This document shows positions 50,501 to 59,317 of a stretch of DNA of 64,000 bases, one piece after another (the stretch's first letter is position 1; every line of letters starts with the position of its first letter). Source of the stretch: Macrostomum lignano (lineage: Eukaryota). Both the position numbers and the translations under genes were made by a program. The stretch spans positions 135,071 to 199,070 of the forward strand of contig NIVC01001710.1 in NCBI GenBank assembly GCA_002269645.1. Reading direction: 5' to 3'. The notes under the pieces were generated by a model that saw only the letters and a program-made list of their open reading frames with translations, made no database searches and was not told the origin of the DNA.

Positions 50501-52791
50501 CTCTCCTCTGTGCTACGGCTTTTGGAACTAATGGACGTTAGTTGCACGAAAAGCCCGTGCTCGAATCCCTAACAAGTTCATCGCTACCAATGGGGGGAGG
50601 CGCAGAGCAGCTCAGCGGTAAATGCATTTGACTCTTCCAAAACGACCCCTGGTTCGATTCCGTGCGCGAAGTTGGCCGGAAGGTTTTCGTGCGATTCACG
50701 CCCATGAGGGCACAGAGAGTGTACATGTCTGCCGATTAGAAAGTCAGGACCGCTGTACACCCTGTGTGAGCGTGTGTGAGTGATAGAAGATGTCGCGCAT
50801 TTTGTTACACAGTCAATAAGCTAAGAATGAAAAATTTGATTCCTAAAACCAATGAGTCGAGCTGTGCCATTTCTATGATATTCAGAGACAGTACATGTAC
50901 GATTGCACGTAGGATATAAAATTAACATAGAATCCTAGTTTTCTAAACGAAAAGCTTTATAAATATCAATAGAGATATAAGAGAGGCAAGACACATCAAA
51001 AGATGAACATTGGATCTGCCTCCTATCAAAAACAATAGCAATTTTTTGCTGAAAAATGAAAACCTGCGCTTGTATCTCCGTAGTGTATTTCTTCGGTAAA
51101 ACCAGCCTCCTAAAATTTTCTCAGAAACGTAGTTTCCCGTCCTTCTACTTGAGTAGTCCTAGCTCACAATGTTGCTCAATAGTCGGTGCAAAAATTGCTC
51201 AAAAGCCTGCTCAGAATCAATACACCAATCCCAATTTCAGAAGCGTCACCAGCTACGAAAACCAGCTAGCTGACTGCACCACATTCGAGTACCTGAAGCT
51301 GATTCGGGACAACTGTAAATGCACGGTCGAAGGCCTCGTTAAGTCCGAGCCAGATGGTCAGCCGCAGCTGGAATACTGCCACGACCTCCTTGGCGCTCAG
51401 AACAAGCCAGACCTGCTCAGCCTGCTGCAGCGAATCCGCGAGTTCTTTGAAACTGACCCAAGCATCGCCAACTACAGCCTGCTGGACCGCAGCACCGGCA
51501 GGATGCGCACAGACATCTTCGACCGGCTGCACCTGCCAGACAGATTCGACGCCGCTCAGCTGCTGGCCGACCGATTCCCGGAGATTCAACGCCGTCTGAA
51601 TCGCCTGAAATGCGCCATGCCTTATTTGAAGTCCGGCCGCAAGCAGTCCAGTTGCCTGAATATCTGCAACTACACCACCTACGACTTCTCGGTGTTCCAG
51701 AGCCGCTGGCCGGATCACAATTTCCAAATTCGCGGCGCCCGAATCCGCTTGGCCCGCATAGCCGGCATGCTCAAGTCGCGAGTTGACGAAATCAACAAGA
51801 TGATGCAGAGGAAGCTGGACAATTATGCCAGCACCGAGCATGCGCTCAACTTTTCTATCACGCATCACAGAGTGAACCTGAGTCGCTGTCTGGACACGGA
51901 GCTGGACAGGAAGTCAGACCTGTTCGAAGATGACGAGCACTGTGTCCAGGTGCATAACATCATCAAGCAGAGCTTCCTGCAGCTGCGGGTTTATCCGAAA
52001 ACCCTTACCGTGCGGCAGCTGTTTGAGGAGCGCAGCTACGAGTTGGTGAATCTGTTCTCCGACCTAGGAGGCATCATGGGTGAGTAGCCACTGCTCTGGG
52101 TTGAACGCTGCTAGTAGCTCGTATGTACATGTAGGTTGCGGGTGACGGAATAGAATGGATTGCTAATCTATGGATGAATGAATGCGATGGATCGCTAATC
52201 TATAGCCCTATCATGGATGAGGGAATAGAATGGATTGCTAATGTATAGCCTGTGGGTGCAGGGATTTTAACTACACCACGTAACCCAATTGTTATGAACT
52301 CAGACATCTAGGAGTCGTGCAAAGTTACAAAAGGCCATTAAATCGCTGTCAATACAGGCCTCTGGATCGGCGTTTCCATGGTAACGCTATGCGAGTTCGC
52401 CGAAATCTCTCTGATCCTCTGCTCCTACTATGCCCTGTCGGTGGTGCGCCGAGTCTCAAATGCGCTGAGCTCTCGGAGAACCAACGAAGACGAAGATTAC
52501 GACTATCCAACTGATTGCCATGGAAACCATTGCGAAGCCGCCGACAAGGGCCAGCAGCGCTCGTTCGCAGCTGCCAATTCCGATCCCTGGACGGAGCTCC
52601 AATCACCGCTGCTGGTTGCTCGGCCAACTGCCGAAGGTCGGGCGGCATCGCAGAGTCCGAGCGACCGATCGGACCTCCACAGACACGACGTTGCAAGCGA
52701 GCCGCAGCTGCAGCAGTCGGCCGCGTCGGCGCCGTCTAGCCGTGCCGCCTCTCCGGACAGCCGATCGGACGGCAAAGAGACCCGACTGTGA
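35537..52791 (+). CDS. DEG/ENaC (amiloride-sensitive sodium channel family) subunit, ~766 aa; exons 35537-36409, 49568-49722, 51241-52079, 52358-52791
   Basis: TSAHGL pre-M1 motif, M1, FPDVTFC, YGNCFSF, GLRVAVHQQ|DTIPYP, Cys-rich thumb, Y...WP, LFSDLGGIM|GLWIGVSMVTLCE (GxS filter). GT-AG introns with consistent phases (2301 nt). Confidence 0.93.
36880..37880. repeat. 35-bp minisatellite (TGGTAGATTGTGTCTATGGTTTTGGAGGCAGACAA) in DEG/ENaC intron 1
   Basis: About 28 tandem units. Confidence 0.95.
38848..39148 (-). mobile_element. tRNA-derived SINE with a MetaSINE-like central domain
   Basis: The minus strand has an A box (TAGCCTAGTGGT), a B box (GGTTCGAATC), the body CCTTGAGCAAGACACT...AACCCAGCAGTAAAATGGGTGCC and a (TTA)n tail. 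Confidence 0.75.
39972..40490. repeat. 30-bp minisatellite (GATGGGACAAGTGGCCATAGACAGTTGGTG) with a 60-bp dimer period
   Basis: Sequence lines repeat exactly every 60 nt. Confidence 0.95.
41338..41570. repeat. (AGAGT)n microsatellite
   Basis: About 45 perfect units. Confidence 0.98.
42278..42545. repeat. 33-bp minisatellite (AATGTAGGGACAAGTGGCCATAGACAGTTGGTG), related to 39972-40490
   Basis: Shares a 27-nt core with the 30-bp array. Confidence 0.93.
43339..46584. mobile_element. Foldback-type element: long inverted arms (43339-44709 and 44939-46584) built from 151-bp tandem subrepeats, a 229-bp AT-rich spacer, and TTAA on both flanks
   Basis: The outer ~360 bp of the two arms look identical as reverse complements. 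CCTTCAAC recurs at 43732, 43883, 44034, 44185, 44336, 44487 and 44638. The left arm has 6 units and the right arm 8. No transposase ORF. Confidence 0.88.
47189..47632. repeat. (GACT)n microsatellite
   Basis: About 110 perfect units. Confidence 0.98.
47930..48150 (-). mobile_element. Possible decayed LINE 3' end (Cys/His knuckle region)
   Basis: The minus frame reads RCVYRN...PEDRGHLFRCCLCAER...GVRFF, resembling the ED..HL...C motif at the end of non-LTR ORF2. Nothing else supports it. Confidence 0.3.
48678..49460. repeat. 41-43-bp minisatellite (GGCTATAGATTAGCAATCCATTCTATTCCTTCATCCCTGAT) just upstream of DEG/ENaC exon 2
   Basis: About 18 units; degenerate inverted copies at 52135-52250 and fragments near 20075 and 20314. 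Confidence 0.95.
50600..50785 (+). mobile_element. Degenerate tRNA-derived SINE-like element
   Basis: A-box-like AGCTCAGCGGTAA and B box GGTTCGATTCC. The body is shared with 21000-21180 (+) and 17500-17570 (-): GATTCACRCCCATGAGG, GGCACARAGA. Confidence 0.5.
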
Positions 52792-53139
52792 AATGGACAG
52801 CTCTTTCATGACAGCCCCGCTTCCTTCCAAGCTTGCGATTGTAATCCAATAGCTCGTATACTAAAAATCTTTAACTCATATTTTAATTAAGAAGCCAGAT
52901 TTTGTTCCAAGGCTCAACCTTGTGGTAGAATAGGCGCTCGGCAACTGAAGCTTCCAACTGTAAAAAGCTCGCCGCCGAACTGTCACGCACTAACTTGAGT
53001 GTTTGCGCGTTTGCAAGGCTACGAGTATTGTGCTAATTGGGGATGCTTAAATCCATGTACGAATTTCTGAATCGACCCCATTTGTTCGGCTGTCGAACTC
53101 CTTATTAAAGTCGCTCTCTACCCTTAATAAACTCTCTAC

Positions 53140-53440
53140 CCTCAATCACGCCTCTCTCTATACCCTATCAGTACACCTCTCTACCCTATCAGTACACCTC
53201 TCTACCCTATCAACAAACCTCTCTCTCTACCTTATACCGGTAGCACACCTCTCTACCCATCAACACACTTCTCTACCCTATCAACACACCTCTCTCTCTA
53301 CCCATAACACACGTCTCTACCCATCAATACACCTCTCTCTATATAGTCTATATCCTATCAACACACCTCTCGATCTCTATACCCTATCAACACACCTCTT
53401 TCTAATCTACGCCTCTCTACCATATCAACACATCCATGTA
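53140..53440. repeat. Degenerate CT-rich repeat (TCTCTACCCTATCAACACACC)
   Basis: Loosely periodic units of about 21 bp. Confidence 0.7.
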
Positions 53441-54044
53441 TACACAAAGTTTTTTACTTCAATCGGCTAGCCTTCTCAAACCCTCAAGCGCTTCTTAAAC
53501 CTCATTAATCACCTCACCTTACTAGCAACTAACACGTCTCAAAGCCAACCATGCCATCCCTGGTGTCCAAAGCAAATTGTGACAGCTAAAATGCTCAGTA
53601 GGTAGCGTCTCTGGCTCGCTCAGACTGTCATCTGAACAACTTTTTTGCTTTTCCTTTACCCTATGCGTTCGCATGAACTCCTACTCTGACCAGCAGAGCA
53701 AGAAGTCAAGGTCTGCTTTGATTTAAACACAAGCTAGCAACCCAGTTATTGTCTGTTGGAGGGGTGTCAGCATCAAAAAGCAGCGCTGCGTTGCATGGCA
53801 GGCCAACAATTTTCTGATTGATAAATCTCTGTTCAATTTAACTGCGTCTGTATTGAATATGTTTGAAGTTGCATACTGAGCTATGTACACTAATTATATT
53901 TCTGTTGAATTTTACGCATCACAGCTCAAAAATAAAAACTTAACAAGGTAGCGTTCTTCATAAAGTCTAATTCTTTCTAAAAAATTTCATCGACGACTGT
54001 ACCGGTAGATACTGGCAAAAACAGATAAACAGGATGACAGGATG

Positions 54045-54110
54045 ACAGAGAGACAGAGAGAGAGAGAGAAAGAGAGAGAGAGGGAGAGAGAGAGAGCGAG
54101 AACGAAAGAA

Positions 54111-54160
<50 letters not shown>
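54045..54160. repeat. (GA)n / (GACA)n compound microsatellite
   Basis: Direct inspection. Confidence 0.9.
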
Positions 54161-54162
<2 letters not shown>

Positions 54163-54936
54163 GTGAGGAAAGTAACCTGAAAGAAAACTTCTCAGAGCTT
54201 TATGGAAATTTGTTGCAGTTTTTCAATCCCAGAAATCTTCTTCAAAAAGCAAAAAACGCAGAAAACAGCAGTGTTTTCGTCTCTCCAAATTAATGAGAGC
54301 CAAGGGTGTGCCTCAAATTTCTTCTCAAAAAATTAATTGCAAGTCGGACAAAATGCCGTTTTGACTGAAAAGTCATGCGTTGTAACCGAACGAGCCGCCG
54401 AAGATAAAGCAGACAGCAACTTGCTACGTAAAACTTCCTCTGCGGCCGTACCGACAGTAAAATTGCAATCGAAAGAAAGAAAGAAAATGGCAGCAGCCAG
54501 AAAGTGGATCCGGGTCAATTAATCACCGAGCTTATCGATTTGGGGAATCTGGCGGGTTCGACAGCCCCCTTCCAGTAGCCTGCAGCACTCCTACCTCAGG
54601 GGGACCCGACGAGCCAGTGCAGCACATGCAAGGAGAGGAAACTCGACTAAAGCTAACAAGGTATTTCAGGAATATGACTATACGCTTGTACCGCCATCGC
54701 GGCAGCACTAAATCCGCTATATCCCCTATAGGGGAGATAGGGAATCCAGCTTGACAGGTGGACTCGTGCACTGCATGGATTTCGGCAACTGACACTTGTC
54801 AGCGAGGAGGGTGGGCGGGTCAAGTCGTGCTGGTCTGTTCAGTATACGGGGGGTCGCTTTTCGGCTTTTCTCTTTCGGATCTTTTTGTTTAAACTATTAA
54901 AATTATTAAATTGTTTTAAATTAGAATGGTCAGGGC

Positions 54937-55119
54937 CAGGGGCGTAGCCAAGGGGGGGTCATGGGGGTCATGACTTCCCCAGCCGGCTGACCCAGGCCAA
55001 ATTTTCAGCACCCCCTCCCCCGTTGCAGAGGCCTAGCACCCCCTGCCCCCGGTTGCTGCCGTGAGCCTGTGACTGTGACCCCCCCCCCCCCCAGAAGGAA
55101 ATCCTGGCTGCGCCAACTG
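54937..55119. mobile_element. hAT-type MITE, 183 bp, TSD GTCAGGGC
   Basis: TIRs CAGGGGCGTAGCCA / TGGCTGCGCCAACTG with a perfect 8-bp TSD; paralogue at 62014-62195. Confidence 0.92.
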
Positions 55120-55769
55120 GTCAGGGCTCAAATCATAGGGAATTTGTTCGTTGGGATTCTAACACGGTGTCTAGTGCTTACGAAGCGAGTTGGGACATTT
55201 ATTAATCACGGAGAGCGTTTTTGGACGCTAAAAGTAGGATAATTGCAGGAATGCAGGGCTAAATTTGGTGTATCATCTTAATAGGACAACTTCAGGGAAC
55301 GTAGCCAGTGGGGGAGAGGGGGCCCTTTGTTTTAAAAAAATATAGCTCCCGCCTTGCCAGCTGATTTGGACTCTTCAACTATTCTACAAACCTGAAAATT
55401 TCATGCTAACGTAAACTCTGAAATGTGCAAACTTTGAACAACATTTGCTATTTCGACAGTACTTGTAGTAGAAACAGTACGGGTAGCAAACGAGAAATTG
55501 AATTAAGCGTAGTACGATTTTTTTAATTATTTAAACTTCTATCGATTCCGTTCAAAATACAATCTGACTGCATCTTGAAATAAACTAATTTAAACACGAA
55601 GTTTTTAATGAAATTATCTAATTTAACTCCTATCTAATAAACTATTGATTAAAAATGATCTAATAAACTATTTATTAAAAATGAAACTTACTAAACTTCG
55701 GACTGCGCACAATCGGACTACAACGCAGAACGCGCCGATAAAGGTCTCAATTAGTTTATCGTCTGGCTG

Positions 55770-55960
55770 CTTTACGCTGATTGGCCGCTTGGTTTGGCAA
55801 GTTTAGATTACCCCCACTAGAATTGTTTGCACCCCGCTGTGCGCAAAACTCAACTAGCCCACCATTTCACACCCCTAGGCCTACGCTCTCGACTTTTCTC
55901 GTCACTGATTGGCGCTTACCGACCCTGCGACTTTGGTCAGCCCAAACCAATTGGCTTAGA
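55770..55960 (+). promoter_or_regulatory. Candidate promoter with three CCAAT/ATTGG boxes upstream of the 56215 gene
   Basis: CTGATTGGCC (~55779), CTGATTGGCG (~55905) and CCAATTGGCT (~55948), in a GC-richer island 250-450 nt before the ATG. Confidence 0.35.
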
Positions 55961-56214
55961 CCGCCCTGCCACCCACATCGCCTCCATTTTCACCACACCA
56001 CAGACAACCCCATTCCTATATAGCTCTTTTTATCATTCTAAAACAGTATAAGAAGAGATTTAGTATATTTAGAAGATTTACAGCCGACTTTTTTATCAGT
56101 TAGAAAATCGTTTACCAGACAGACCGCCCCACCTACGATCCACCGCGCTGACACTTGGACTTTCACTGCTCTCTCCTCTCCCCTAAGATAAGATACGAGC
56201 GTAATTAGATAACC

Positions 56215-57927
56215 ATGGTCATCGTCAACAAGAACAAAGGCAACGCCGCCAGTGGCAGCGAAGCATCTTCTTCAACAAGGGCTAAAACTGTCGCAGGTCA
56301 GAACTTTGACGATGCCGACGAAGTCGAAGTCCCACGAGCGGCTGGCGAGCAATACTATGAGGAGGCCGACGATCCCACCGAAGCCTACGCTGTTGGGCGC
56401 AACGATTACCAATATGATGCAGCCGAGGCAGAAGAGGAAGCGGGGGCCGAAGAGGAGGCTGAAAACGAGGAAGAGGTTGTTGAATACTATGAAGAATACC
56501 ATGAAGAGGTAGTTGAATACCATGAAGAATACCACGAAGAGGCTGTTGAATACCATGAAGAATACCATGAGGAATACCATGAAGAGGTAGTTGAATACCA
56601 TGAAGAATACCACGAAGAGGGAGCTGAAGCCGAGGAGGAAGCCGCTGAATACGAGGAAGAGGAAGCCGCTGAATATGGAGAAGAGGAAGCCGCTGAATAC
56701 GGAGAAGAGGAAGCCGCTGAATACGGAGAAGAGGAAGCCGCTGAATACGGAGAAGAGGAAGCCGCTGAATATGGAGAAGAGGAAGCCGCTGAATATGGAG
56801 AAGAGGAAGCCGCTGAATATGGAGAAGAGGAAGCCGCTGAATATGGAGAAGAGGAAGCCGCTGAATATGGAGAAGAGGAAGCTGCTGAATACGGAGAAGA
56901 AGAAGGTGAATACGAAGAAGAAGAAGGTGAATACGGAGAAGAGGAAGCTGCTGAATACGGTGAAGAAGCAGAATACGAGGAAGAGGAAGCTGTCGAATAT
57001 GAGGAAGAAGAGGCTGAAGAATACGCAATCGAAGCCGCCCCCATCGCCGGACCAGATGGTGATGGAGCAACTCCGGTTTCCCCTGTGCAGCAGGCTCCTC
57101 TTGTCGTCAGATTTAACTACAGCGAGAAAAAGCGCATCGTGATGAGCCAGCTCAACTCTGTTCTGGACAACCGGGCTGAGCAGATGAGGCAGCTACAGTG
57201 TGATGAAGAGTCTCTATCTGGCCTGACCCGAGCCGTGCACCGCATCAACCGGGCCCGACTGTGCCACGTCGGTTGCAAGCCGGTCACCTGTCGTGACGAA
57301 TATTGCATGGCAGCCCAGAGGCTCGCCCAGCGATTCGCCAACTACGAAGCTCAGTACGGCTTTAACTCTAGGCTGCAGACTGAACTGCAGAGCTACTCGG
57401 CTGTGTTGATGCTTGACAACGAATACGAGCAGCCGATGCTAATCCTTGACGAGGAAGAGGACGGCGACGAGACTGTCGGCCTGGTGGCCAGCCGCATCGA
57501 GTTCGAGGACTTCGATCAGCTGCCTGTGGAATCTGTCAACATGTGGTACCAAATTGAGTGAGTTTTTTATGCAAATCCCTAAACGCTAGTTTATCTGTCT
57601 CGATGTATAATTCAGTATGTCTAATATCCTTATTTCTATATTCTACTTAAAACCTAAAACAGTGTACGCACACTACTCTCTACCTGCAGGACCCCAATCG
57701 AATTCCTGGTTGCCTCGCAGGACGACGAGCAGAGGAAGTGCGCCTTCCACTACATGCAGCTGCTAGACTGCGCCAGCAAGCGAGTCGGCTGGTCGGCCGT
57801 CCATGTGGGCCCGGACACATCGTCCGGAGTAGCTTACGCCGTGGCCGTGTTTGACCACATGATCATGAACGTGGCTGACCCTCTGGCGGCTGTGCCGCGC
57901 AAGGTGGACTCGACAACCTTTGAGTAG
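56215..57927 (+). CDS. Glu/Tyr-rich acidic repeat protein with a C-terminal divergent CAP/SCP (GAPR-1/GLIPR2-like) domain, ~526 aa; exons 56215-57557, 57690-57927
   Basis: The ORF-track stop lies inside the donor site ATTGA|GTGAGT. The acceptor CTGCAG|G restores the frame and adds ETPIEFL...AFHYMQLLDCASKRVGWSAV...GVAYAVAVFDHMIMNV...TTFE*. INRARLCH, AAQRLAQRFA, NMWYQIE and FHYMQL align with the CAP motifs HNEYRQKH, AQQYSEALA, DRWYSE and GHFTAM. No signal peptide. Confidence 0.72.
56480..57025 (+). repeat. Coding repeats (EEYHEEVVEYH)n and the 24-bp unit (EEEAAEYG)n
   Basis: About 10 near-perfect GGAGAAGAGGAAGCCGCTGAATAY units in frame. Confidence 0.9.
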
Positions 57928-59317
57928 GCGCTGGAGCGTTGAGCTCACAAGCGTAAAATACCCCCGAACTTTCAACCAATATACCAGAGCTTGGCATTTA
58001 GCCCCCCCCCAATCCTACTGTTCAACATTTTGCACTGTTTTTACTCCAAAAATATTGTTTATTGATTCAACAGTTTTAATGCCACAAGTTTTCAAATATA
58101 AGTTTGACGCATCGAATCACGAGAAAATTACTGCTTCGTTAAATATTGCACTGCCGCTGGATTTCAAGTCCTGATCGTTTTTTTCGAGATTATATAGGAC
58201 TAAGAAAAAGCGAAAACGATTACAATTCGAAATTAACTTCAAAAGGAGTGTCCCAAAACTTTGTACGAGCATAAAGCTTTTTGTGTATTTTTTTACAATA
58301 AAAATTGCAATACAGTGCGCGACGGACAAGCCTTTTTATAACTGTACTTTCTTGAGGACAAAATCAGCTTGGAAAAATAAGGAAAATCAAAGTTGATCGC
58401 GCATGCGCGATCGCGAGGCTAGTTATATAGTACTAGTAGTTCGCTATAACAGATCAATGCTAAATTAGAGTTTAATTATAAAGGCAGCTCTGGACGGAGA
58501 AAATCGCATGTAAAAAACTCTGTGCTTAATTCTGAAATTAATCGCCTCTCTCGCGGTGAACTCGAAAGTATCTCTTACTAGTTAAAGGCCTCTATAAATG
58601 AGTAAATATAGAAAAAGAAAATAAAAAGTATCAGATAGATTCTCCTATCGAATGGAGCATCGATCAGCAGCGTATATTCACTCCACTAGACCATCTAAAT
58701 TCTGAAAGTAAGCACTAAAATATTTGTGTTACGAAATAAAACTTTGGGTTGTGATTCTTGTTACTGAAACACATTGACCCTTAAATCTTTTATTGATAAT
58801 GAATATACCACACTAGTCCTAGGTCCTAGCTGCACCATTAAGAATATCACAGTGGTCCGGCCCAGCTGTTCTGTTGAAAACTATCGCACAGTTGCGGATA
58901 TGGAAAATTGAAGTATAGAAGGAAGCGCGTCATACTCGAAATTTTCCTAGGAATAAGCTGCATCGAGGCCGGTAAGGAAATTGTATTTGTCGTATCTCCA
59001 ATGCTCTGGAGAACGCTCAGCGCTGAATGGATATAGGGTTTCGCCATAGACAAAATTCGGTCGGAAAAAAACCGCACCATCCTTGCATTCCATGCCGCGG
59101 CCTCGGTGCAGCTCATTTCTAAGAAAATCGAGTGCAGCTGTCCATGGTTGCGGATCGTCAAGAATCTTGTCCTTAATTGCGTAGAATTAATCTCACATTC
59201 ACCCAGCCAAATAACAAGAGACGCGATAAACTACAGCTCATTAGTCATAAATTAATCATTGCGTGCAGGAAAACTCGGAGACTAAAAATAATCAAATATT
59301 GAATGCTGTCTAATAGC

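Noticed and set aside
54530-54840. GC-rich segment with small palindromes, possibly a retroelement 5' UTR or an HDV-like ribozyme
   Set aside because: I could not assemble a convincing fold or find an associated ORF.
56272-57142. Antisense and alternative-frame ORFs over the acidic repeat gene (SSPYSAAS, IQRLPLL, NTEKRKPL)
   Set aside because: Shadow frames of the coding 24-bp repeat; only the 56215 frame joins a spliced conserved domain.
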